In this document: positions 24,173 through 34,669 of the stretch, in pieces
Numbering within the stretch: position 1 is the first letter of the stretch
How the letters are laid out: each line of letters begins with the position of its first letter
Assembly: GCA_001724265.1 (NCBI GenBank)
Contig: MEDY01000130.1
Location: 1 to 64,000, forward strand
Length of the DNA stretch: 64,000 nt
Reading direction: 5' to 3'
From: Rhizaria sp. SCN 62-66
Lineage: Eukaryota
Position numbers and translations under genes: made by a program
Notes under the pieces: generated by a model
The model's input: the letters and a program-made list of their open reading frames with translations, nothing else
Database searches by the model: none
What the model was told of the DNA's origin: nothing

Positions 24173-27100
24173 TTACGAGGTGACAGCAAAGCTCTTGACA
24201 AGTGCGAGCAGCGCCTTGCCAGTCTCAGCAGCCTCCACACGCGCAGCGTCCTGGTCCTTGGCGATGCGCTGGAGGACAGGCAGCGTGTGCGTGGCGCCGC
24301 CGCCGCACGCGGGCGCGGCTTCGGTGGGCGCACCCAGAGCCGCTGCGGCATCAGCGTCCGTGGTGCAGAAGTACGCCATCATGCTGCGGTGCTGCATAGG
24401 GCCCTCGGTCGCGCTCGCAGCGGCGTCGAGCGCGCCGCAGAGCGTCTCCAGAGCAGCGCCCGCGGACGCTACAAGGTCCACCAGCGCCGCACGCGGGGGC
24501 GCCAGTGCAGCGCCGGCGGCCTCCTCGACGGCAGCGGAAAGCCCGACACGGCCCGCGGCGGCGACCTGCTCCTTGACGGCCGCGCGCGCTGTCTCGGGAG
24601 CGGGCACGGCGACCGCCCATGCGGGCAGCAGCGCGGCAACGAGCGCCAGCGGGCGCGCAACCAGTGCAGCGGCGGCGGCGACCTCCTGGGCCACGCGGCC
24701 CGCGGCCGTGGCGGCGGCCAGCGCGGTGGCGTGCGCGGCGGCCGCGGCCTCGACATCGGCGGCGAGCGCCACGAGCGTGGTGGCGGCGATCTGCCAGCGC
24801 AGCGCGCGAGCCTGTTCCCAGTCCGCGGCGTCGCCCGTGCCGTCCTCCGCGGACGCCGCAGCGGCCTCGTCGAGCACAGCGCCCGTCTCGCACACGCGTG
24901 TCCATAGCGCCCACCCGCGCGCCGCCAGCGCGTCAACACCGGCCGTAGCGGCGTGGTTTGCGGGGCAGTGCGCGGTGGGCAGCAGCGCGGCGAGCGCGGC
25001 GAGCGCGCTGCGCATGGCGGGCGCGTCGTGCTCCAGCCCGGCGCGCGCGCACCGCGGCAGCAGCAGCGCGACGCGCAGTGCGGACACGGCGCCGTCAGCG
25101 GGCAGCGTGTAGACGTTGTCAAAGACGCGGCTCGTCTCGGCATCGCGCTGCAGCGATGCCAGCGCGCCGTGCGCGGCCGCGAACGAGTCGGACATGGTCC
25201 ACGGCGCGGGCGCGTTGAGCGCAGTCGCCAGCGCGGAGAAACCCGTGGCCAGCTGTCCCGCGGCGAGCGCGGCGGCGGCAGCATTGTTGTTGCCACCGGT
25301 GGCGGGCACGGCGGCGTGGCAGCGCACTATGCCGCGGTCCTGGTTTTGGACCAGCACGCGCGCCAGCGCCTCGCCCGCCGCGTCGGTCAGCGCCGGGGAC
25401 AGCGCGTCACCCTCGGGCGTAGTTACGACGGCGGCGGCGGTGACCGACGGCTGCAGCGCGAGCGCGGCGGCTGCGGGCGTGCCGTAGTGGCGAGCGAGCA
25501 CCGCGGAAACGAGCCCATCGGTGTCCTTGACGACACGCGAGGCGGCAGCGCGCGCAGCGGCTGCGGCGGCGACGGCGCCGTCGGCATCCGCGACTACAGG
25601 CACAGTGAGCGCGGTGACGATCGCGTCCCAGGCCGCGGCGGCGTTGCAGGCCCAGAAGCTGTGTGAACGCTCCATGCGTGAACGGAACTCCTGGAAGTCA
25701 AGCACTTGCGCGTATGTTCCTTCGTTGTACGCCGCGGCGGTGAGCGACGCGTCATCGGCGCGGTGTGGCTGGACGAAATCCTCGTTGGCTTCGGCAACCT
25801 CGCGCGCAACGGCGCGGCGGCCCCAGCGCAACGCGTCATCAAGCCACAGGTGCGCCATCGACTCATTCTGCACCGTCCTCACTCGCAGGCCGCCGGGGTC
25901 GCTCTCGCCGGCCAGCTCGCGCGCGCGCCCCACCGCGCCCAGCGCGGGGTGAGCGTACAGACGCACCAGCCAGAGTCGCGCGTCGGCGTTGTCAACGTTC
26001 GCGCCGGCGCCCAGCTCCAGCAGCAGCACGGCGTCGACGACGGCGGCGCGCTCGGCGGCCACAGCCACAGCGCGCGCCGCGGAGTCGCCCGCCGCAGCGG
26101 CGCGGGTAGCTCGGAGACGCGCGCGCTCGGCGACCTCGAGCAGCGCTGCGGCGGCCGACGGCAGCAGCGGGTCCGCGCTTGTGGGCTTGGGCGCGGGGGC
26201 GTCCTCGGGGACCTTGAGCTCGAGGTGGTTGCGCGTCTCGTTGTACCGCGCGAGCTTCTGCGCCATCGCCGCCGCATCTGCGCTGACTGGGGGCGCGGCC
26301 TCGTATGCGACAAAGCGCGCCGCAAGCGCGGCAGCGTGGCGCTCCAGCGCGGCGTCATCGAGCGCGGCCACGAGCCCCAACCGGAGACGCGCAGTCTCGA
26401 GCGTGACGCCCCGGCGCACAGCGCGGTCGCCGGCGTCGCTGCGGCCTGCTGCCGTGTCGGCGTCGTTCGCGGCCGCCGCGGCGGCCTCGAGCGCGGTTTG
26501 CAGCGCGGTTGCGGGGCGGATCGTGGCAGCGGCCTCGGGCGCGGTGGCCAACAGCGCGATCACAGCAGCGGCGGCAGAGGCGGGGGCGGCGGCCTCAGTC
26601 GCGGCGGTGGCGGTGAGCGTGGCGGGCAGTGCAGCGACCGAGGCCGCTGCGGGAGCGTGCGCAATAACGTCGAGGTACGCCGCCATGTCCTCCTGCGCGC
26701 ACGGGGCGGCGCCGTAGGCGGAGAAGTAGCGCACGAGCTCGGCGCAAAGCACGGCGAGCGCGTCGCTATTGGCGGTGTTGGCGGCGTAGCCAAGCCGCGC
26801 GGCCTCCACGGCCGCCAGCGCGGGGCCGCGGACGAGAGGAGACTTTGCGCCCAGTGCGCGATACACCGCCACGGCCTCGGCGACGGCCTCGGCGACGGCG
26901 GCGGCGTCAGCGGGGGCCGCGACAGGGCAGAGCGTCTCGAGCGGCCGCGGGAGGGACTCGAGCCCACAGACCGCGGACGGGTGGGCATGCGTTCCGCCCA
27001 CGGTCAGGTACGCGTGGGTGGCCAGCCAGCGCCAGTCGTCGGGCGCGCGCGCGATCTGTTCCGCCGCCAACGCGCGCAGTGCAGTGGCCGTCTCAACGGG

Positions 27101-28129
27101 GGCGGAGGGGCCGCGTAACAGCATTAGACGCGCACGTAGCAACGCGGCCTCAGCGGGGCCCATGTGCGTCGCCGCGCCCGCACCCGCGGGGCCCGCCAGC
27201 AGCGCCAGCGCGCGCGCGGCCGCGGCGGCGCGGGCGGCGTCGGCGGCGGCAGGATCCGCGGCGTCGGCGGCGGCGCACTCGCTCTGTGCGAGGATCGTGC
27301 GGAGGTAGAGATCGAACACAGCGGGCGGCTGCGACGCAGTTTCAGGGTGCTGCCGAGCCAGCATGCCCTGCGCCAGCGCCAGGAGCTTCGCCGACGGCAG
27401 CGCAGCGCACAGCCCGATCGCGGCCGTTGCTGAGGAGGCCGTGGGCGTGCGGTCGCGGAGGAGCGCGCGGTGGGCGCGCTGTTGCTCGAGCGAGAGCAGC
27501 AACGTCGTCGCCGACCAGCAGAGAAACGGCGCCGCCTTGGTTAGACTGTACAGCTTCATGGCGAGCTGCTGCTGGCGCGCGAAGGCGCCCGAGCGGCCGA
27601 GCGCGGTGAAGAGCATCTGCACCATAGTGTCTGTGGCGCCGGGGAGCGCGACGGCGGCCTCGAGTGTGGCGATGAGCTGCGCCCAGTCCGCGTCAGGGCG
27701 GCGCTTAATGCCGTACTGCCACAGGTTAAAGTCCTGCGCGGTGAGGCGTTCGGGCGGGGCGAGCGTCTTGATGCGGGCCGAGATAGCCGCGATTTCGGGC
27801 TCTAACGCGGGGTCTTGCATGCGCGCGGCGCACACAAGCGCGAAAACCAGCAGCGACGGGTGCGGCCCCACCGAAGAGATGAGGTCCGAGACGTGCTTGG
27901 CGGCGAGCGCGAAGTTGCCGTTGTCGAGGTGACGGTACAACGGGGAGAGGTTCGCCGAGTTGAAGTTCTTGAGGGGCATGCTGCTCGTCGCGGTCGCGGC
28001 AGCAGAGGGCGTGTAGGCCGCAACAGCGGGGGCAGCCGCTGCGGGCGCCACGAAAGACGAGGACGCAGACGCGGACGTCGGCTTCGAGGCCGGCTTTGAC
28101 CCGGCCCTGGATGCAGACTTGGGAGGCAT
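24173..28129 (-). CDS. NAA25: NatB N-terminal acetyltransferase auxiliary subunit (NAA25/MDM20)
   Basis: LSPLYRHLDNGN, QQQLAMKLY, FLCWS, RLWLVRLY..LG, LRVRTVQNESMAHL and AYNEGTYAQVLDFQEFRSRMERS match remembered NAA25 blocks; ends TAA. Confidence 0.88.
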   Translation of the reverse strand: MPPKSASRAGSKPASKPTSASASSSFVAPAAAAPAVAAYTPSAAATATSSMPLKNFNSANLSPLYRHLDNGNFALAAKHVSDLISSVGPHPSLLVFALVCAARMQDPALEPEIAAISARIKTLAPPERLTAQDFNLWQYGIKRRPDADWAQLIATLEAAVALPGATDTMVQMLFTALGRSGAFARQQQLAMKLYSLTKAAPFLCWSATTLLLSLEQQRAHRALLRDRTPTASSATAAIGLCAALPSAKLLALAQGMLARQHPETASQPPAVFDLYLRTILAQSECAAADAADPAAADAARAAAAARALALLAGPAGAGAATHMGPAEAALLRARLMLLRGPSAPVETATALRALAAEQIARAPDDWRWLATHAYLTVGGTHAHPSAVCGLESLPRPLETLCPVAAPADAAAVAEAVAEAVAVYRALGAKSPLVRGPALAAVEAARLGYAANTANSDALAVLCAELVRYFSAYGAAPCAQEDMAAYLDVIAHAPAAASVAALPATLTATAATEAAAPASAAAAVIALLATAPEAAATIRPATALQTALEAAAAAANDADTAAGRSDAGDRAVRRGVTLETARLRLGLVAALDDAALERHAAALAARFVAYEAAPPVSADAAAMAQKLARYNETRNHLELKVPEDAPAPKPTSADPLLPSAAAALLEVAERARLRATRAAAAGDSAARAVAVAAERAAVVDAVLLLELGAGANVDNADARLWLVRLYAHPALGAVGRARELAGESDPGGLRVRTVQNESMAHLWLDDALRWGRRAVAREVAEANEDFVQPHRADDASLTAAAYNEGTYAQVLDFQEFRSRMERSHSFWACNAAAAWDAIVTALTVPVVADADGAVAAAAAARAAASRVVKDTDGLVSAVLARHYGTPAAAALALQPSVTAAAVVTTPEGDALSPALTDAAGEALARVLVQNQDRGIVRCHAAVPATGGNNNAAAAALAAGQLATGFSALATALNAPAPWTMSDSFAAAHGALASLQRDAETSRVFDNVYTLPADGAVSALRVALLLPRCARAGLEHDAPAMRSALAALAALLPTAHCPANHAATAGVDALAARGWALWTRVCETGAVLDEAAAASAEDGTGDAADWEQARALRWQIAATTLVALAADVEAAAAAHATALAAATAAGRVAQEVAAAAALVARPLALVAALLPAWAVAVPAPETARAAVKEQVAAAGRVGLSAAVEEAAGAALAPPRAALVDLVASAGAALETLCGALDAAASATEGPMQHRSMMAYFCTTDADAAAALGAPTEAAPACGGGATHTLPVLQRIAKDQDAARVEAAETGKALLALVKSFAVTS

Positions 28130-28673
28130 GTGAAGTGAACGAGGTCAAGGGCTAGTGGTCCGCGGAAGCGCTTTGCGCCTGCAACAAAGAGTCAGGGAAT
28201 GCGGGCGATTGAAGTGGATTGGAAGTGGTAAGCGGAGCTTTTAGGCGTATAATTATAGGAAATCATATATAACACACCAAAGTCTATCAAGGTTGTACTT
28301 GATTCCCTAAAATTCGGATCTATCCTTGTCCACATTCTTCTTAAGTCTAGCAGGTCAGTGCGGCTGTGGAGCTCCCTCGGCTCATCGGCTGACTTGGCAG
28401 ATTCTCGATCTTGACATGGCTCATTCTCGCTAGAACCATCGTGTAATGTTCATATTCTTGCTTAGTTGGTTATTAGCATTGATGAGTCATCTGGGTTTTA
28501 TATTGTCTCTCTCACAAACGTCATCTGTGCCTCTTGTCACACTCTTTCGTGCCACCCCATCACAGCGACTCCGACAGTCTACCAATCACTTCGCCCGACC
28601 GGTCCCGTTCCAGGCTCCTTTCTTTCCACTTCACTGCACACCCCCGCCTCGGTGCCCCGCCCTTCCCGCCGCG

Positions 28674-29422
28674 ATGAACTCCGTACTGAACCGGCTGAAC
28701 CTGGTCGGTTTTTTCGCGCTCTGGGCGCTGGGGCTTGCTGCGCTTCTCTCTGCAATCACGGGCGCTTTCCAGCCCTCCGCGCCGTACATCCGCATCTACA
28801 ACCCTGAGCTCACATCCTACGGCACCCACGTTGGCACCATGATGTACCACACGCAGAAGCGCGGACAGACGGCCGAACTGCGGTTCGACCTTGACATGGA
28901 GCTGTCGACGCTGTTTAACTGGAACGTGAAGCAGCTCTTCGTTTGGGTGTCTGCTGAATACCCTACAAAGGGCTACCGCAGCAACCGCGTCACTGTGTGG
29001 GACACTGTTGTTGACGCCGCGGACCGCGCGGAGGCGGACATGTACCTCGAGAACCAGGTCGCAAAGTACCGTCTCACGGACATCGCAGGGCCCATCGAGT
29101 ACGTCACACAGCAATCATTTGTCGTATTTTGCACAATCTCATTGCTGTAGACTTGAAATATTTGAGAAATCGTTATCTGTTGATGTATAACATTGATTTT
29201 ATACGAACGCGTATTTCACAAACTTTATGACTCACTAAACCCCATTCTTCCATTCTTTCTGTTTAATTTTGTGTTTTGTGATATTTCTCCGCGTTTAGCA
29301 ACATTCCTGTAAACCTTACGGTGCACTGGGAGCTGACGCCTGTGATGGGCCTCTTCCGTCTTGGCGGCGGGCCTCAGGTTCACACGCAGAGCTTCATGCT
29401 CTCTGCCGCTGACCTCGTTTAA
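28674..29422 (+). CDS. SPCS3: Signal peptidase complex subunit 3 (SPC22/23); exons 28674-29098 and 29299-29422
   Basis: MNSVLNRLN + TM helix, LFNWNVKQLFVWVSAEY, NRVTVWD, KYRLTD. Intron 29099-29298 (GTACGT...TTTAG, 200 nt) gives NIPVNLTVHWELTPVMG...; ends TAA. Confidence 0.93.
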
Positions 29423-30826
29423 GTCCGCACGCAAGGCCGTTGTGTTGCTTGGAAGTTGTGAGTCTTGCGTTGCGCACGTGAGGCAGAGATATAGGTGGTT
29501 GTTTCGTTATAAATAGAGTATTCATGTTATATTTACAAGGTGGCGGAAGGATATTAATTAACTTATATGTATATAATATGAAATGAATAAAAAACCGCAA
29601 CGAAAAAAATGCGTAATTTAACAGATATGTAATACGGAACAGGCCTAACGAGACCATTTACGGACGTAAAGACAGGAAAAGGAAGAAAAACAACAGTGCA
29701 AGTAACAATGGGTTTGAATGGGGTGAATGACTGGGGAGACTGAATATTGATGATTCTTGATTGCTTATTGTTTGTTATTGTTGTAGTAGATTATTATGAG
29801 TATGTTTGGAGGCAAAATACGATGTGAAGATTGTGAGTGCAGTGGTGGCCGATCAAACTGGGTGGTAGAATAGTAGTCAGCGTAGCGCGCAGACACACGC
29901 GCATACCGGTGATGGATAACGTTTGACAGAGCGAGGCATGCTGCTTTACCGTATCGCATGTGACACAGAGGCAACACGTCATGCCTGTCTGATAGACACC
30001 GCGACACAAGACACAAACACACACTTGGAGGCATCATACGATCACATACACGCATACGCGCGCATACACAGCAGAAACAACACAAGCCTGCGCACATTGA
30101 AGCTGCGCGGCACACTTACATCATTTCATAACGCACCAACCAAGATAAGAACCGCGATAAAGTGATATCACGACTGCGAACCAACTATGAACCGTGACTG
30201 CTACACACAGTCTGCGAGTGGACGTGTCTGTGCGCGTGACAGAGTGTTTGTGCGAGTGGGTTGACTGCGAAAGCATATGCGGCCAGTCCGGGGAATCATG
30301 GGTCCAGACACGACACAACACGAGCATCACAGTGAGGCACGGCAAAACATCAGCACACACAGCAAGCACATCAACACGCAGATCACATCAACATAACACA
30401 GGGCAATGCAGCGCCAGTGCGAAGCGAAGGCAAATAGCGGGAGCAGACACAACTGACTGGCAGACGGACGGTTGAGAGATAAGAGATGATGAAGATTGGG
30501 TGAATACTGAATAGAGAACGCGCATGTGAAAACGACGGTGGGGAAGCGGTGTGTCAACATGAAAAGAGACGAAGGGAAGAAGCAAAAAGTAGAGAGTTGA
30601 GAGAGTTGAGAGAGCAAAAGAGCGAGGAGATTGATGACGGCTGGAGACAGAGAGATAGAGATGCGAGGAAAACGAGAGAGGGATCACGGCAACCGCGGGA
30701 ACGCAACGAGCGCAGCGGACAGCGCGCGAACATGTCCAAAGTGGTGAGCAAGTGGGTGGGAGTAAAAACATGTGGGCATGTGACAATGCATGTGACCCTG
30801 TAGGAGCATATGAGTGCGCGCATGTG

Positions 30827-30828
30827 GT

Positions 30829-30870
<42 letters not shown>
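30827..30870. repeat. Compound microsatellite (GT)13(GA)9
   Basis: Read directly from the sequence, in the long non-coding region downstream of the PKA gene. Confidence 0.92.
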
Positions 30871-32272
30871 AACTCCTTCCAAATCACCAAGCAGAGCCAG
30901 GGCTGGAGATGGACTCAAACAGGACCAGCGCTGGTCACCGAGTCGGAGTGGCAATGATGGCATGGTAGACTGACATACGCACATATATACACATATACAC
31001 ACAGATGCGCGCACACAAAAGCTGTGTCAGAAGCAACGTCAGCAGCAACAAACAAGCATACAAGAGAGCAACACGTTATCCAAAGCAACAATAAAGGAAC
31101 AAATTGACAGATGAAAAAAGACCCCACCCGCACCCCAAGCGGTGGACAAGTGGCTCGCGGAGGCAGGGCGGGACACAGAGTGAAAGCACAAAAAACGACA
31201 ACAGGCGGCAGAGACACACAGGCCAACCAACAGTGGCGCAGCGGCTGCCAGTGCCGTGCAATGCACAGCGCTGCGTTGTAGAGCAAGGCAATCTGCACAG
31301 ACTTTGCATACCATAACAAAGCCTGACACAGAACACATCCAGACACACAGAGCAGCAGCAGCAACAGCAGGAGCAAAAGCAGGCGCGGTAAGCGTCATCA
31401 CTGAGGGCTGAACGTTTCAGAGACACAGGGCACGCGCGTACCAAGTCGAACACACGGGCCCTGGTCTGGCCTCTTCTCAGCTCGCAGTGCTATCTTCGTT
31501 TCGCACTCGCACGCGCACGTAGCACTCGCAGTGGGGGACCGGAGGACGTGAGGGACGGTGAGAAAAACAAAACAGGAACAGTAAAAAGGGTACACGTGAA
31601 AAAACAAACATAAAAAGTAACTAGCGGACGAATGCTTTGCAGAATACGAATGAATGAACATGGGTGAGTGACTGAGGGATTGAGGGGGGAATGAATATTG
31701 TTGGACGAATCGAAAAAAAGTGAGTGAGAAAAATATAAAGTAAAGCAGTTAAAGTCGTGACTCAAAATGAATACTTTTTTTTAAGCACCGACGCGAAAGG
31801 TAAGCAAACAGAAACGAGGAGAGTCGGCAAGCCAAAGAAAAGACGAGCGAGGGACGAGACAAAAACAACAAAGCAAGTTGTAGCAGTGACTGAGTGAGTG
31901 GTGATGCTGTGTAAAACAGAGTGTGTTAGTGTTATGTGTTGAGGTTTGACTGCACAGCATAAACGTGCACTACAGTCAAATGACAAACAAAACAGTCCGA
32001 TACAGCAGACAGCTCGACGCACAGAACACCACCAACAATCACAATACCGACGAACAAGCGAGCGGCAACGAAAGAGTACAACATACGACAACAGATTACG
32101 TGATAACGGAAGTGCATCACACCGTCATCAGTTTGGATTCATTTTCAGTTTGTCGCATCGTTGCAGCCATATGTTCATCGTTCGTTTTCATTGTTGTGAT
32201 ATTGTTTACTTTTGCAGTCGTATATCTCAAAACACACACAGTCCGATCCATGGATTGGCCAACGTCGTGTCT

Positions 32273-33832
32273 TCAAAAGTCGTCAAACAGCGCCTGGTCC
32301 TTGGCCGAGAGCGCCACATCGTGCCCAGTCGAGTCGGGGTATTTGTCAAAGTGCGACGTGTCATCCGGAGCGCGCGCCAGCGGCACGTACGGCGGCTTGA
32401 TGCGGCGTTGGTAGCACGCCACCCAGTCGATGCCGCGGAACCACTTCTGGTTCTTGACGTCCTCGGCGCCGTCGCGGAGGCAGCCGAGCCGCTTGGTGCG
32501 GTCAGCGACGAGGAGCTTCTTGACGAGCTCCTTGGCATAGGGGTCGAAGTGGCGCGGGAACTCGATGCGGCCCGCGAGAATCTTCTGGTAGATCCCGAAG
32601 GCGTTCTCGTCGTAGAACGGCGGGTAGCCGGCGAGCATCTCGTAGATGAGGATGCCCAGTGCCCACCAGTCGACGGCCTTGCCGTGGCCCTTGGACTGGA
32701 TGATCTCGGGCGCGAGGTACTCGGGGGTGCCGCAGAGCGTCCACGTGCGGTCAGGGACGACCTTAGCGAAGCCGAAGTCGGTGATCTTGATGTGACCCTC
32801 TTTGTCGATGAGCAGGTTCTCGGGCTTGAGGTCGCGGTACACAATGTCGTTCTCGTGCAGGTATGCAAACGCGAGGGCGATCTCGGCGGCGTAGAAACGC
32901 GCCGTGTCGTTGACAAAGCGGCCGGCCTTGCGGAGCTGCGAGAAGAGCTCGCCTCCGATGACGAACTCCATGAGCATGTACAGACAGCGCTCGTCGACGA
33001 AGGACGTGTAGAGCGAGACGATGAACGGGTGCGCGATTCGCTCCAGAATCGCCTTTTCGGACTTAATGTGGTCGACTTGCTTGAGGCGGATGATCTCGCT
33101 CTTCTTGAGCGACTTGAGCGCAAAGTAGAGCACGCGCTTGTTGTGTGTGCACGTCACGAGCATGACGCGGCCGAAAGTGCCCGTGCCAAGAGTGTCACCG
33201 ATGACGAAGCTGCGCACAGACACGCCGATCGACGCAAAGTACTCGCGCAGCGCCAGGACTTCTGCCACGGCGGAAGACGTCATGGCCTGCGCCGTGGCGG
33301 AGCCCGCGGAGACGCCTGTGGTCGCTGCGGTGCCCGCGGAGGCAGCGTAGATAGCGTCGTCACGTGGGTCGCGACCTCCAGAGCCGGCGGAGCTGGAGCT
33401 GCTGCCGCCGCTGCTGCTGCTCGAGGACGAGCCCCCGGAGGACGAGCTGGACGTGACTGAGTGGGTGTACGAGGACGGAGAGCCGTGCGCGTAGTGCGAG
33501 GGCGTCGCGGCGCCAGACGCGGGCACGGAGGCGTGCGACGAGGCAGAGGAGATAGGACGAAACGAAGGCGACGCAGCGGGCGTGTAGGACGACGTCGAGT
33601 GCATGGGCTGCGAGGCCATGGGAGCGGCGGGCGCAATGGGCACGTGGAGCGTAGAGCCACCGTAGGCCGAGGTAGAGATGACGCCCGTGGCCGGGGACAT
33701 GCTGCCCACGCCCGGAGAGCCGTTCGGCAGGTGCCTCCCTTCGTCCCGCGGGGTCGTTGAGACCGGCCGCGAGAGGGTCTTGGGGGTGTCGGGAGCGTCC
33801 CGCTTGTCTTTCTTTTTGAAAATGAAAGACAT
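32273..33832 (-). CDS. cAMP-dependent protein kinase catalytic subunit with Ser/Ala-rich N-terminal extension
   Basis: LGTGTFGRV, LKQVDHIKSEK, YRDLKPEN, DFGFAK, RTWTLCGTPEYLAPE, KAVDWWALG, C-terminal FDDF hydrophobic motif; ATG at 33832; ends TGA. Confidence 0.96.
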   Translation of the reverse strand: MSFIFKKKDKRDAPDTPKTLSRPVSTTPRDEGRHLPNGSPGVGSMSPATGVISTSAYGGSTLHVPIAPAAPMASQPMHSTSSYTPAASPSFRPISSASSHASVPASGAATPSHYAHGSPSSYTHSVTSSSSSGGSSSSSSSGGSSSSSAGSGGRDPRDDAIYAASAGTAATTGVSAGSATAQAMTSSAVAEVLALREYFASIGVSVRSFVIGDTLGTGTFGRVMLVTCTHNKRVLYFALKSLKKSEIIRLKQVDHIKSEKAILERIAHPFIVSLYTSFVDERCLYMLMEFVIGGELFSQLRKAGRFVNDTARFYAAEIALAFAYLHENDIVYRDLKPENLLIDKEGHIKITDFGFAKVVPDRTWTLCGTPEYLAPEIIQSKGHGKAVDWWALGILIYEMLAGYPPFYDENAFGIYQKILAGRIEFPRHFDPYAKELVKKLLVADRTKRLGCLRDGAEDVKNQKWFRGIDWVACYQRRIKPPYVPLARAPDDTSHFDKYPDSTGHDVALSAKDQALFDDF

Positions 33833-34669
33833 TCTGTGGCGACAGCGGTTGAAATATAGCACAAAGAACAAGGGTTGGGGTGAAATAAAGGCCAAGTGAG
33901 CACCAAGTCAGGGTGCCAGAGATACCGAGTCTGACATAAAGCGAGACGTTTCTCGCGAATATGAACTGCAAGCCCCGCCACAGACTCGTGGAATAGTCTT
34001 CCCCCAATGCTTAAAATATTATATTAATTTACTGCCGTTACAGGAGCACGGGAACCTAGGCTGGAGGGCGTCAGACGGGTTTTGACTGGGCCTCCACTGC
34101 CTCCCCGTCTAAGGGGCCGCCAGCCCTTAGACGCGTCCACCGAGCCGTTTCTCACCCCACACCTCTCTGGCAGGAGGGCACTCGGCGCTTTGCAAACCGG
34201 CCTCCAGCGCTCAACACCACCGTCAACTGGCTCTACAAAGGCATATTATAACAAATTGAGCCATGCATTCATCCTATACTCTTATTATTACCACCCATCT
34301 CCACTGCCTGGCGTGCGTTGTCGAGCTGTTCGAAGCGCCCGACGACCCTTCGACTGCTCGTGTCCGTTTGACCTGCCCCCTCTGAATTTGCGTCCTGTGC
34401 TCACGTTATGCTTTCTTGTTTGCTACTTCGCACCACCCTTAGACACCCGCGCTCTACTAGCGCGTGTATCCGGACTTTGACTTCGCAGTACTGACGTACC
34501 GGAGGTCAACTCACCCGGCTTTCGTTTCTCCCACAAACACCCCCCGGTCAACCAGTCTCGCACGAGAGAGACTTACCTCTCCGTCCGTGCCCGGCTCCAC
34601 CCTCTTGCCCTCGCACCCGGCAACCCCCTCGTGCCCTGTTTTACAGGCTTCTCCGCTCACACACCGAAG

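Noticed and set aside
29099-29150. SPC3 ORF apparently ending in TAG at 29150
   Set aside because: That TAG lies inside the 29099-29298 intron. The spliced gene ends in TAA at 29422, so it is not a TAG terminator.
31946-33460. 504-aa + strand ORF overlapping PKA, and the many other overlapping Arg/Ala-rich ORFs in the track
   Set aside because: Antisense or alternative-frame artefacts of high-GC coding sequence.
34040-34210. RNase P/MRP RNA or TPP riboswitch identity for the structured island
   Set aside because: Minus-strand CAAAACCCGTCTGA only loosely resembles CR-V. I could find no matching CR-I (GAAAGUC) or TPP core.
34466-34646. 5'UTR intron of the kinesin ending at TTTTACAG (34646)
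   Set aside because: The acceptor is plausible, but there are several candidate donors and none matches GTACG(T/C), so it cannot be placed without transcripts.
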